A DNA stretch of 63,568 nucleotides, filler included, from Sphacelaria rigidula (lineage: Eukaryota), in assembly GCA_964200075.2 (NCBI GenBank). It is 8 parts of 8 records of this genome, joined end to end, with 100 filler letters (N's around TTAATTAATTAA, not from the genome) between each part and the next. Parts side by side here need not be neighbours in the genome. Positions count along the whole stretch, not along the records: positions 1 to 7,859 come from CAXNAA020013199.1; positions 7,960 to 15,818 come from CAXNAA020013200.1; 6 more parts are not named here. One strand, written 5' to 3'. The notes under the pieces are model-generated. The model saw only the letters and a list, made by a program, of their open reading frames with translations. It made no database searches and was not told the origin of the DNA. The translations under genes and the position numbers were made by a program. This document shows positions 1 to 12,739 of the stretch, one piece after another; within the stretch, counting starts at the first letter, position 1, and every line of letters starts with the position of its first letter.

Positions 1-531
1 TTCTACAATCTTCGCTCCTGTCCGATTTCTTTTCATTTCGGTATCAACTCTACCTACGCGTTCCAACAGCTCGGAAAATTTCACTGCATTTCGGTCCATC
101 TCCTCTTGGAACTCTTGCCGTGTCTTTTCCACTTCTAGTTTATCGATTCTCCATTTGTACAGCTTCCTACCCCGCCTATTTCTTTTAGCTCTCGTCTATT
201 GTCTTTCTGTCCATATCAGGCAGTGATCTGTGGTTCTCACGTCCTCCGCGCACACATGTACTTCCATTCCTTCACTATTTCCCTTCTCTACCACTATATA
301 GTCAAGAACGGAGCATTATCTCTGCCCTTTGTATTCCCTCGTCCATGTCCATTGCCCCTCTGGATTTAGTACTCTACCGTTCAGCGTCACAACACAAGGT
401 CTTACCCGCACCGGGATGTCTCGTACATACATCACTCTTCCACTCCGTGTACGATTCACCATGGGTCGCCAACCCACTGGTGCTTCCAAGTAGACCTTTG
501 CCGCCGAAAGATTCGCCAACGATGCCCCCAC
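1..531 (-). mobile_element. Degenerate non-LTR retrotransposon (LINE) fragment, C-terminal part of the AP-type endonuclease
   Basis: The minus frame reads ...VTLNGRVLNPEGQWTWTREYKGQR*CSVLDYIVVEKG...VRTTDHCLIWTERQ*TRAKR...KLYKWRIDKL. This contains the LNGR, T-W/F, S-x-LDY and DH motifs of LINE endonucleases, with two in-frame stops, and it runs off the contig end. Confidence 0.7.
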
Positions 532-1417
532 ACTTTGTGCCAGCTTCTATCCTCCAAGATCTCAAAAAGCCTACAGCACGTACCGCTTGGTGCTCCTTCT
601 CGTAGGTCATGTGGTCGGTCATCGGCAAGGTGTTTGTTTCGTGAGTGCAGTAGGTCTTGACGTTTATGCCATGCACTGTCCACCCCTTCCCTTCACTAGG
701 CGCCTTTTGCACCTCATGTCGGAAATTTCTGAAAATGGCTGACCAGACTTCCACCGTCTAATGAAAACCGGTAAGGTTTTACGGGCATCTCACCACGAGA
801 CCCCAACTTCCATGTGAATTGGCGTGAAGGGAATGATGACCCTACCCTGTCCGTAGTGGTTATATCTTCTGCATTTTCGATTTGCATGTAAGGTGGTCAG
901 CCTTCACGCTGTTGGTTACATGTCTACGTTTTAAATTTATTATCGTCTGGTGTTTATTATAATATTGGGGGGGGATCTCGGTTGCTTTCCGACCTGATAT
1001 GGGACAGTAGATCCGTTATTTTCCGCGATTCCACGTTCATGTTTGGGTAGGCACTTTTTCGGAGGAGGGTTATCGTAGAAAGTGTCGAAAATTGAAAAAA
1101 TTAAATTGGTGTGCATGTTTTTCATGAGCTGTGGGCGTGTCGCCTTCGGGTCGGGAGTGATTTTCGATTGGTTTAGGTATAGCGCGGGCAGTTCCAACTT
1201 TCTGACCACCACCCTCTTTTCGGGATGAAAAGGGGGAGAGTGCATCAATTTGTGTATTGTCCATTGAAAGATTGAGGATTGATTTTTTGTGACGAGCGAG
1301 GCTACACATGGCCGAGGAGTGCAGTTGATTGTTTTCTCAAAAACGATTTCATGGTCATGGAGGTTCCCGTCATAAAGTTTGGAAGCGAGCCCGACCATGT
1401 CGCTTGTGTACGGGGGC

Positions 1418-1482
1418 GTACTCATTCGTTGCTTGCCTTAGTTGTTTGACCATTGACCACGAATCCCTTTCGAGACGGAGCA
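1418..1482 (+). repeat. Dispersed repeat, short subfamily A (GTACTCATTCGTTGCTTGCCTTAG...GAGACGGAGCA)
   Basis: Near-identical copies lie at about 18288-18352 (+), 19538-19596 (-), 19850-19905 (+), 20217-20312 (+), 28221-28297 (+), 31669-31726 (-), 41710-41752 plus 42196-42215 (-, split by an insertion), 44137-44232 (+), 47499-47556 (-) and 48103-48167 (-). Confidence 0.9.
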
Positions 1483-2499
1483 TGTGCACGGGGAGGGGGG
1501 TAACCGGCAGCGGTTTGTCATGATGCCGTAATGTCAAAACCGTGCGTTGTATATACTGTACGTCTATCATGTGACCACGGCTGGATACCTGAGGGGTCAG
1601 TCAGAGTACGACAATCAATCAATAAAAAATCAACCAACACACGTGGACATATAGCACCGTGTGGGGCGCACTGTGCAGGGTCCGTACAGGGTCCTCCACA
1701 GTCCTTGTGAAAAACACTGACAGTGAAAATGCAAATCTGTACCTGTCGTAGCGTTCTTGTCGAAACTCTACAAGCAACCCTGTAGAGAGGCCCTCCCATT
1801 TTTTTTTTTGAAAATTCCAAATTATTTTGGTACAAAATCTAAAACTTTATATATTTTCAATAGCTTGTCCTGCTGTCCGAAATAAATTCCTTTTTGCAAA
1901 GTTCGGTCATGATAGACCAAGTGTCCCAAATGTTTCTGAGGTGCCAGTTTTCAAGGCAACTGTACCCAAGTTCTCTGGAAAAAGTTCAGAGTTCAACCAC
2001 TACAGTAGTGGGTGGTCTAGCTATTCATTTTGAGGCATTTTGTGATTTGTTCGTGATTGGCGATTTTCTTGAGCTTTTTTCGCTCGCCACTGCCTATCAC
2101 ATTGAGGATCTGAGGATATTTGTATCCGCTCCATATTCCAAGAAAAAAAACATCATCTGTACGCAATATTGAGTGACTTACGGGCTGACCGGTCATCGGG
2201 GGTCCTGCCACGTTTCAGCCCAGATTCTTACTCTTCGGTATTTTCGGTTGATCGAGCCTGTCCCGATCATATTTCTAAATCAATGCACAGTTTAATTTTT
2301 TTATAAGTCTGCCTAATCATTGCAAAGGAGCCAAAAAAATGTGTTTCACGGTCAATAACACCCTCCTGATGAACGGGGTATTTACTCGTTTCGCCCGATA
2401 ACACCAACTAGCACTGACTTGGGCACTGTATTTCGAGGATGATTTGTTTATTGTACCAAAATCTACCGACGGTAGCAGTTTCGAGTTCTATCGGAGAGT

Positions 2500-5400
2500 A
2501 GTACGCGAGGAAACCCCCGAAAGCCCGCTGAATAGTTAGACCGCCCACTACTGTACAGCCACGAGCTCGTAACGTTTGCTAGAAGTGAAGCAATTGACTG
2601 GGTGTTCACTATGTCGGAAGGCAATACGTACGATATGGAGGTGGGGAACAAGGCGGTATCCTTGACGTATTTTGAGGTAAGGCACGGAAAGGGCACTGTA
2701 GCCGCAAACGTCGGAGCGAGGCAGATGTTGGTGGCGAGTCTCGAACATAAACGGGACCGGGGTATTCTGCTCCGAATTCCGTCTCCTGCAGTTGTGTGGC
2801 GTGAGTTGGATGAATTCTACGGCGCCAAGACCAACGGGGTTGGGTTAGTGCTTCTGAAAAAATATGATCACGTGAAGATTGGAGTTCGCGATGATCCGGT
2901 CCAAAAATGAATCGAGATGGAAGAGGTGGCGAGAGAGTTGCACTCTCACGACACCACCATCATCCTGACGGAGGCGTAGAACCTCTTCAAATTTGTCAAT
3001 ACGACTTGCCTGTGAGTACAACTATCAAAAGCAGGTGCTGGAGGAGCGCGAGGGGCCACTCACGAGGGAAGTCGCAGTGACGTCGGTTCGAAAACGTTTC
3101 GAATCGGCACTTTTCTAGCAGGAACTCGCCAAGGGGAAGAAGCTTTTCTGCAGGAGACCAGGTCCTTACCGTCAAGGGCCAACCCGGCAAACCTAACGGC
3201 TCACATCAGAAGGGCAAACCGGGGAAGATGCACAACCCAGGTCGCGGAGGTGACGGGGGCCAGGGCAAAAACAGCCAGTCGCCAGCTTTATCGTCAACGA
3301 GCCAGTCGGGGGCTGCGACGACGTGGATGCCATGTCAGAAGATGACTACACATCGAGCGAGAGACTGTCGGACAGGTTTTGCGGTAGGTGCGGGAAGAGA
3401 GGACATCAACTGATTGACTGTCAAAGCACTGTAGAGGACGCGGCGATTGTGATGGGCGTGGTGGAAGACTTCGTCGACGACGACTCCGGTTGCTCGGATG
3501 CTGATGCAGAAGCTTTCACCAGCATTGATATGACGGTGAATGAGGTCAGCACAGGCGAGTACACGTTTGTAACTGAGAGGGGGGGAGTAGAGTCGTCAGA
3601 TGGGGGCGAACCGTGGGTGCTTGACACAGGGGCCACTTCGCACGTTTCTCCTGATTCGAGTAGGATGACGGATTATAGAAAATGCAGTGGTAGGGTACTA
3701 CGGTGTGCGAGCGGTGGTACCTACCCGATCGTGGGAAGAGGTAATTTGACTCTATCTTCATGATCTAACGGACGTGATGTAGTCTTGCATTTGAAAAATG
3801 TAGACCACGCACCTTGTGTTCGTTACCATATGTTGTCATTGACCAGGATGTCTAACGCAGGTCACACCTACATTGTGTCTAGCAACGGCTTCCGGGTTGA
3901 GTTGAAGTCAGGAAATACCCTGAAAATCCCCGATCAGCACAGACAACTGAAAATGTAGTCCCAACGCATCTATCCAAACGGTCATGACAAGCATGCGTCA
4001 GCATGTGCTGTGATTGCCCCGGGGGAACTACCTAACCCCCAAGTTGATGATATCAACGACTTCCACTGCAAACACACGCACTCCCACGAGGACCGGCTCC
4101 GGCAGACAGCACAGCAGCTCGGAATGGAGCTGCGCGGCGAGTTGAGACCGTGCCGAGGATGCTCGGAAGGAAAAGGACTGCGACGGCCAATCCCAAGATC
4201 AACTCACACACGAGCAGTTCAGCCCGCATCCAGAGTGTTTGTCGATCCTGCAGGCTCAAAACCAGTTAGATCTCGGGGCAGAACATCGTACATAATGATA
4301 GTACGTGATGACTGCTCGCGGCATACTAGATTGTTTTTTCTTCGCACAAAGGACGAGGCCGAACAGTACTTTAGTAAGTACATCGCAGAAATTCACCCGC
4401 GAAAAATCGACAAGGTTCGCAGTGATGGTGGAGGTGAATTCTTGGAGAGGGCGTTCAAGGAACTATGTGATTGAGAGAAAATAAAGCAAGAGAAAACAAC
4501 TGCTGACTCCCCACAGTTCAACAGCGTAGCTGAACGGGCAGTTGTCATGATAAAGTCGGCCGGCCTTGCAGCCAAAACTCAGGCATCGGAGATGCGCCCG
4601 AACCAGAGTATTCCAACTAGCAAGAATCTGTGGGCGGAACAAGCTAACGGGGCATGTCATGCTTTGAACTGTACTACGACCTCGGCTAACCCGAGCAACA
4701 AGACGCCACACGAAATGTGGCACGGAGTAACACCGGCAAACAACCTTCTCCCTTTCCTAAAGCCCAGGTTTTGTAGGGTTCAGAGGACAGACAAGTTACA
4801 ACGAAAAGCTCAGAGGTGCTGGTACCTTAGCCCAGCCCTAGGGTACCCGCGCGATGCTGTGAGAGTGATGACGGAAACAGGACAAACTATTACGATCAGG
4901 TACGTAAGATGGGCGTATGTTCCCCCTACTCCTCTCCCCGCCCCACAGCAAGCGATTCCGACACCCGATGAAGCGATGGATGACAAAACCCAAGGAAGGC
5001 CGGCCGGCAGCGAGTCCGCGGAGCAAACCCCGGTGGTGCGTGCTTCATCTCGCGGTTCACGCCGCGTATTGTTCTCGCTCCCCAACACCGAACTGGACGC
5101 AAACGCCATACAACAGACCCCCGCTATTGGCGGGGGGGGGATATGACCTCGCCGCGTCCTTGCAGAGGCGGGGGGGGGCGTGAGATTTTACAAAACCCAG
5201 TTCAGCATCTCATTGATGACCGGCTCGGCGCCGCCCACACCGCCGTCGTGGGTTGCGCCGACAGCATCGGCGACAACGCCGACAGCCGCAGCGCCGATAT
5301 TACCGCTGACAATGCCGACAGCCGCAGCGCCGACATCGCCGCCGACAACGCCGACAGCCACACCGCCGACAACATCGCCGACAACGTAAACAACAGCAGC

Positions 5401-7494
5401 AGCGCTGACATCACCGCCGACACCGCTGACAACTGTCGACACCCCCGAGCGCAACGACGGGGGGGGCGATGGAGCTCCCGGACTCCCAAGGACGGAGCTA
5501 CGCCGTCTTGCACTCGACGACGAGTTGTCTCTGCCTCCGCAAATGGCAGGGCGCACGCGCAGTGCGACGAGAGCGGCAGCCGATCAGAACGAGCTAGCAT
5601 CGGCGGCAGAGGAGCTGGAACTGGAGAAAATGCTGGCATGGGGAAGAGACGAATATTTTCCCCGCGTGATGGCGAGGGCTCAAGCGAGGGCTCAAGCGAG
5701 GGCTCAAGCCGAAATTGTACTTTATGAAATGGCGGAGAATGGGTGCGGGATGCGGGATGACGGACCTGATCACTGCAGTAGCCGGAACAGAGGTGGGAGG
5801 CAGCGCGGTGATGCTGATCGACGAGACTTTTGCGGAACAGGAGTATGTTTGTTTTTCGGCCGTTAACGGAACAAAGGCAGAGCCCAGTTTTGGTTTGCCT
5901 TCTCTCATCGGTTTCCACGTGAGAGAGGTCGAACCTCCCCCCCGTAACAGTAGAAGACATAGGAGAATCGGAATATAAGGCAATATGGTTGAGTGTCATG
6001 CGTGCGGAACTACTGAATGGGCATGAAACCGCAGGTACATTCTCAGGAGAAGAAATACCAAAAGGAGTCAATATAATTACTGCAAAGTGGGTGTTCGGTT
6101 GGGAAACCGCCCCTAACGGTGCGATCACTAAAGCGACGGCGAGACTCGTAGCGCGTGGACTTGGCCAAAGATCGCGTTGACTATTTTGAGACGTTTGCAG
6201 CCACACCAGCCATGACATCAATAAAGTTGGTCATGGCCACGGTAGTGCAAAATGGATAGCCACTGTATCATTTCGACGTTACACAGGCTTTCGTACGAGC
6301 AAAAATGAACACGAATGTGTTCATGAAGCTCCCAGACGGGCGTGGCCCCTTGACAGATAGCGCGGTAATACTGGAGAAATCCATATACGGAGTTAAGAAA
6401 GCAGAGAGTCAATGGCCCCTCTTCCTGGAAAAAACGTTGACGGAGGATGCGGGGATGTTACAGAGATATTTTGACCCGGGTATCTACAAACAGGAGGAAA
6501 GGGGAAGCGTGTGTGCCATACTCGTTGTGCATGTGGACGACATCCTAATTGGGGGTGAAATAAAAAGAGTGGAGAAAGTCTGAGATACCCTAAACAAAAG
6601 ATTTCCGACCAATTCTGTAGATGAGGACCAGTGGTATATGGGGTGTGCCATAGAAAGGGACTGGAGAAGGGGTACCATGTATGCAAATCAGACGACCTTC
6701 ATCGACACCATGCTGAAGCGTTTCGAAGTTATGGGTTTTTCTGACATTCCTGCCTCAGTATCAGCAAACTTAGAACCGGTAGGGCAAGGAGACAAGGTGG
6801 TGAATAGACCGTACCGGAGTAGTGTAGGAGGGTTGGTGTGGTGGCTGGGGGTAACCATGCCTGACATGGCAAATGCAGCCCGGGACCTGGCCGGTCAATC
6901 ACATAACTCATGTGAAAGGCACTGGCGAGGGGTGTTGAAAGTTTTAGCGTATCTTAAGACAACCAGGAATTACGATCTGACTTTCAGTTGAGGGGAAAAT
7001 ATGCTCTCGGTCTATTGTGATGCTACCTACGCGAAGAAAGAGACAGACAGGCGATCAGTTTCCGGGGTAGCAGTGATGTACGGGGGATAGCAGTATCGGT
7101 CATCAGTCGAACGCAACACTACGTTACCCTATTAACCACCGAAGCTGAGTATGTGGCTATGGCAGAAGGGGCGAAGGAATGTATGTTTGTCAGATCGGTA
7201 CTGTCCTTCCTACGACCAAGGGTTGTGTTGGGACGACAAGTGGAGTATGACATTGTTCTCTGTGAGGACAATGGGGGGGCCAAGGCTCTAGCCGACAACA
7301 CTCTCAGCTCGGATCGTAGTAAGCATATCGACGTGAGGTGGCATTTTATTAGGGACTTGCTTAGGACGGAAGCACTAAGGATCGTTCATGTGGAGTCACA
7401 GTGGTAACACGCTGATATTCTTACAAAGCCGCTCCCAATCACGCTGTTCAAGAGGCATAGTCGCACCTTGAGGAACAGGGGGGACAGCGAGTAG
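2500..7494 (+). mobile_element. Degenerate Ty1/copia LTR retrotransposon, internal gag-pol region
   Basis: Domains occur in copia order. Gag-like ORF 2602-2910; CCHC knuckle CGRCGKRGHQLIDC (~3380-3421); protease WVLDTGATSH (~3614); HHCC HCKHTH...CRGC; integrase VFVD/VRSDGGGEF/NSVAER (4010-4900); RT KWVF..KATARLVARG, DVTQAF, VHVDDILI (5990-6990); RNase H TTEAEY, EDN, KHIDVRWHF, ADILTK (to ~7494). There are many stops and frameshifts. No LTR pair is visible, and the 5' boundary is approximate. Confidence 0.95.
5268..5432 (+). repeat. Imperfect GCCGACA-based tandem repeat (about 33-nt period) inside the copia integrase-RT linker
   Basis: Repeated gccgacaacgccgacagccgcagcgccgacatc-like units. 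A 12-nt unit (ggctcaagcgag) also occurs about three times at ~5677-5709. Confidence 0.8.
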
Positions 7495-7859
7495 GCACAT
7501 ATTTTGTTTTTGCGTGTGTCTTTCGATTTGTCAGCTCTAGATGTTCCAGTTCATGGTTTCCATAATGCATCTGCACTTGTGTCGGATGAACCCGCTCACG
7601 CTACTTTGTGGGGCATGGGTTTGTAGGGCGTTTCCCGTTGTCAAGTGCAGGTGCCCTGGCCTGGGCGTCTGCGAAAAAGGGCTGTTTGTTTCTGAGCACG
7701 AGCGATGGGATTTGTGTGATGGGGGGTTTTTCTCGGAAGGCTGAGTTTCCTCCTTGAAACGTTTTTGTTTTTCAACTTTGAATGCTGAGGTAGAATGGAA
7801 GCTCTAAGAGAAGTCTTATCGAGCGTGAGGCCAGTGGACTCTGGAGAAGTCCCTCATTG

Positions 7860-7959
7860 NNNNNNNNNNNNNNNNNNNNNNNNNNNNNNNNNNNNNNNNN
7901 NNNTTAATTAATTAANNNNNNNNNNNNNNNNNNNNNNNNNNNNNNNNNNNNNNNNNNNN
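7860..7959. other. Artificial contig spacer (N44-TTAATTAATTAA-N44)
   Basis: Identical 100-nt spacers lie at 7860-7959, 15819-15918, 23778-23877, 31737-31836, 39695-39794, 47653-47752 and 55611-55710. Confidence 0.98.
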
Positions 7960-10270
7960 TTTGCGCGTGCCCACATCTCTCGAGTAACATGTTTTTTATC
8001 CGTTTTTTTTCGAGTCCCGGGTGCCAATGGCCCCCCTTATGACGTGCGTGAAAAATCTGGAGCGAAAATGGTCAAAATAGCGTGTTTGGCTGTTTTCGCG
8101 TTTTTGGCCATTTTTCGTACCTTTGTTGAGCAAAAAACGATAATGTAAACCTTTTCCAGGCCATTGCCCAAAACGAAATCCACGAGTGGGTAGAAACCCG
8201 CCTACAGCCATTGTATAAGACTTGAGGTGGAACCAGGCAAAAAGATGGTGCGCTACACACGACCGGGGAGCTCCAAACCAAGGAATGCAGGTCCGACAAG
8301 CGACATCACTGCGAAGCTTTGAAGAAGGCAGGAGAGTCGGCACTGGTATATGGCTGAAAGGGTGACACTTGAGTGACAAATCACCGTGTTGGATGCAAGA
8401 ATACTGTTTGTTGCTGTGCGCCCGTACGTAGCATGCGGAGACAAAAGTATGGAGATGTGTGGCATCCACGCAAGTCGAACCGGGTCTGCAGCACAGAGAC
8501 GGTGTTGCCCATCATGTATAGCTTCCATGGGAAAAAGAACTGCGTGAAATGGTTTTGGGCATACTGTTCGCGCCACGATGATCCGCAGGCACCCCTGGTG
8601 GGGAAGGTGGACCGCGTGAAGTTTGACAATTGCACCAGTTTCTTAATAAATCTCTATATAAACACTGTCATCCACCGCTGCACCCTTCTGTATTTATATT
8701 ACTGTAATTGATGTACGGTAAATTCTTGTACTGTATCTGAAATATAAAAATTGTGGTGCTGCATTCACTGGACCGTTGAATACTGTCTGCGAGTGTCAGT
8801 AAACACCGAAGGGTTACGGAGGGTATATCGTTGGTTGCAATGCGGTACACTGAACTGGGCATCGATACCTTCAGGGCACGTTGATTGATCCACAGGGCGA
8901 CCCCGCACGCCAACACCGTCGGTGTCGGGGTGCAACACACGTTGCACCCCGATCCGCTCGTGTTGTTTGCAGCGCCCGTGCCGTGCGGTCTGTAGAGGTG
9001 TACCATTATTGCTGCTAGCTGTAGTGTCGGCCCAGCCCTAAGCACGCATGCAGCGGGCGACGCAACCACCGGTGTCCTGGCGCTGGACCACATTGATCAG
9101 GCGTTGATATGTGAAGCCTGTGTCTTCATGTCGGCTGCGCTCGTGATTGGAACGCAGGTTAAAGGGGTGGGGCATTATCTCAGCGTGTCCCGAGGTCCAC
9201 CTTAACAACAGCCGATTGTAGAGATGACGTTGACCGCAAAAATGAGGCTCCAGCCCAAACATAGTGCTTTCCCAACACCTACGTTGCCTTGTTGTATTGG
9301 CATCAGCTCTCTTATCGCACAGGTACTTCTTCACATCGGTTTGCCGACTCCGTGAGATCTCATCGCTGGGCAAAACTCTCGCCCAGCCCTCATACCCCAC
9401 GCCCCCCGAACATATCAACGAAAAGCACAAATGGTTGGCTCAACGGCGGAAGTTCACGGCATCGATAAAAATCTCCGACAAAGTGTATACGCTAGTCAGA
9501 AGCATCACGACAACCGAGAGGGACACTGCAAGTGTGGGGAAAGCACAGTATTGGAGTTGAATGCCGTGTCCGTGGAGATCTAATCGCATAAATTTGTCCC
9601 TTTGATACGGGGTTGCCCTCCCCCTCCTCCACGCCGAGCACGCCAGTAACCAACGATGGTTCAGGCCCTATGTTATCCTCACGCTGTTGTTCTCAGGCGC
9701 AAATACATCGCCTCCATTATCTCCCAATGAATGACTTGGCTCCTGTGTCGTGAATGTGCGAGTTTCGGCGGATATCATACACGCTGGACGCCCATGTGTG
9801 TACCCAGCTGAGCGGCAGAGGCGGATCGGCAGCACATGGGTGATGGTGACAGTCGTCCTCGATCGCGCAATCGTGTCTGCCTTCATCATTACTCTGTGCA
9901 TTTCGCAGTGCAGGGGCGGTGCAATCCGGCTATTCAAGCGCCAAGCGTACCGGTTGGCGAAGGGTTGCTATTGGTAACGGTGAACGAAGTGAGTCCCGGG
10001 GGTGACAGCGGCGACGAACCACAGATGATCTCGGATGAAGAGTGTGAGCGCCGTAGCAGCACGTCATCGAAGACACAGGCGAGGACGTATTGGAATTGTA
10101 CTTGGATCGGATGAACGATTTGTGAGAGAGTGGTCAACGCACAGGTATGATACCAAGAGCTTCGGCGAAGCAGGTTCCGGTCAATAGTTATGCGCTACTG
10201 TCACCCCTCGTCTATTATGATCCCTAGGCCCGTGTATCGACTGCAATCTCGGAGAACTCTTTTGCCGTTT

Positions 10271-10694
10271 AACAGTGGATTTTCGACAATGGGGTTGAAA
10301 AACAAAATGAGGTTCAACTCAAAAGCCGTACTTTCCCTGACCTAAATTCATAAGAAATTACTTTCATACGGACGACCTCATCCTTTCCGACCTCCCAAAC
10401 ACTATATCGAGGGGTTCCTAGCCTTCCGTTCCCCCAAAGGGTATGTGCGGAAGCACTCTTTTGCCCCGATTGTGTGGTGGAAAAATGACGTTTTTTGGCC
10501 CTAAAATCGTACTTTGGTAGATACCGTTTGAGGGAACGGAAGGCTAAAAATCCCCCGAAGTAGTTTCAGGGGGGTCGGGAGGGATGGGGTCGTCCATATG
10601 AAAGTCATTTGTCATGAATTTAGGTCAGGGAAAGCACGGCTTTTGAGTTGAACCTCATCTTTTTTTTCAACCTCATTTCTAAGAATCCACTGTT
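10271..10694. mobile_element. Foldback MITE with AACAGTGG..CCACTGTT ends and a GTTT target-site duplication
   Basis: Imperfect inverted arms of about 175 bp (10271-10444 versus 10521-10694), flanked by GTTT at 10267-10270 and 10695-10698. A related sequence lies at ~55575-55610. Confidence 0.85.
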
Positions 10695-12260
10695 GTTTGA
10701 TATATAGTTGGATGGATGGGGCTGCGGTGTGGTTGCAGTAATTTCGATGTTGCAATCCGTGATTTCGTGAGAGAAGGGGAGCGCAATGTGGGTGTCGTGT
10801 ATGGTATTGGAATATTGCTGTCGATGAGTGAGCTACGGGAAACCAGACCTCGTGGGAGTTTCGCGCACATGCTGCATCGGACTTATGCCGATCAGTCATG
10901 ATGCGCGGCGATGCCGTCCCATTTCCGGTGCTGTCGTGAGGTATGCCCCCCCCCTCCCTCCCTCCCTCCCTCTCTCCTTCCCTCCCTCCCCGGGGTCGAA
11001 ATAAGCACGACTCTGGCTCGCTGACCCTCTCTGCACCTATTTATCACCGTGTGCGCTACATTTCGCCTCAGGTGCACCAACAGCGGCGAACCCAGACTGT
11101 GAGGCCGCCAGGGATTGTATCGCGGATGGATGGTGATCATGTACAATGTAATGTGGTCCCATGGAAGAATCGGCTGTCGGTCACATCGTGCGCTTTACAT
11201 CTCCGTGCGATATGTGCAGATTTGCCCGCGGTGGCGGCGGTGGAGGGGTCAAGGGCGCGAGTTTCTGTCCGCTTTTCCCCCGTAGAAATTCCTAGGATTC
11301 GTTGGATATCCAACGACGCTGGCGCATCGTTCGTCTTGATGTGGGCGGCCGACATTTTCTCCAACGGTGTTCCGGCTTGAACTTGCCGCTGCGCAGGATA
11401 CAGTAGTCATACCATCAGGGTATCGCGTGTTGAGGGTAGGTGTTATTTCTGCGGACATTGTGCGTTTTGCAAGAAACACCGGCACTTGTACAGGCGCCTC
11501 CAATTTGTTACTCCCTGGAAATAGCAAAAAGACCCGATGCAAGACTGCGAGAATCATGCGTTTTCCTTCCCCATCAAAATGTATTGTTGACGCGACCTCT
11601 TGCAATGTCTTATCCCAGGATTGTTTAGGCTTCATCTTGTCTTCGAAGTGGTTTTCGGGGATGTATGCAGTGAAGGCCCCGCACGTCAGGCGGCTAGTAA
11701 CACCTGGAAAAATACGCTATGAGGTTTTTCGCCGGCGTTGGTCTACGCACATGGTTTAGTTATTGTGGAACTGCAATATCCGACAAATGCTATAGTTCGT
11801 TCTTTTTACAAAATCCGCCGCAAGTCCTACAGTTAAGTCTTGACCCGAAGGCCATTTGTGATGTGTTAAAGATTTACGTGGTGGACTGTTGGCATTTCGC
11901 TGTCGATTTTCAGCCGCCGAGAGGTTTGGGCAAATGTTGGCAGCTGGCAATAACAAGCCTTTTCCGTCGATACCCTTGTAGAGGACCTTCATAATCCCCA
12001 CAACACTTCGTGGCCGAACCCGCTCTCCATCACAAGGGCGGTCATGTAACAAGAAAAATCAAGACCCGAGCACCTTCGCGTTTCGTGTACGCGGCAATTT
12101 CGTTTACGGCCGAGGTAGAAAATTCCAATAAAAACGATCAAGCGGTTGCAAACTGTTTCGTTTCTTTTGTTGAAAGCGAATTCGATCTGTTTTTTGCTTC
12201 ATGCATTTTATTGAGTCGAACGCTTTTGCTGAGATAACAATTTCGGGCGCGACTACTACC

Positions 12261-12739
12261 GTGAGGCCGGATGTTATGGCAAACTGATTTTTGGCGCACG
12301 GATTGTTCACCTTGGGGACATTTGACCCCCTTATTGACCCCCAAACAGGGAAAATCGCCAACACACGTCTTGAACACTTTGCATCACCCCACAGAGAGGA
12401 GCCTAGCCCACTTTTCAGATTCGCTTGGCTCCGAGGTTTCGAGTTTGGCCGCTGAACAAACTTTGGTGTGCAAAAATCCGTGCTTGCCGACCCCCGCCAG
12501 CTTGCCCAGTATTCTGTGGAGATCGCCATGGATTTTGTTGCACGCTGAGTTTCCTTCAGCGGCCGCTCTCGAAACTTTGGAGCCAAGCGAATCTGAAAAG
12601 TGGGCCAGGCTCCTGATGCAAAGTGTCCAAGACGTGTGTTGGCAAGTTTCCCTGTTTGAAGGTCAAAAAGTGGCTCAAACGCCATAACAGTGAACAATTC
12701 GTGGGCCAAAATTCTTTGTGCCATAACATCCGCCCTGAC
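12261..12739. mobile_element. Foldback/MITE-like element with inverted arms of about 220 bp
   Basis: For example, ggatgttatggc...cccacttttcagattcgcttggctcc is inverted relative to ggagccaagcgaatctgaaaagtggg...gccataacatcc. A second copy (centre plus right arm) lies at 23878-24139. Confidence 0.85.

Noticed and set aside
1824-2462. 12-bp inverted repeat attttggtacaa/ttgtaccaaaat about 640 bp apart
   Set aside because: It is too short, does not extend and has no TSD, so it could be chance in AT-rich sequence.
5143-6221. Long ORFs 5143-5727(+) and 5202-6221(-)
   Set aside because: They are GC-rich repeat frames within the decayed copia pol linker, with no independent gene signal.
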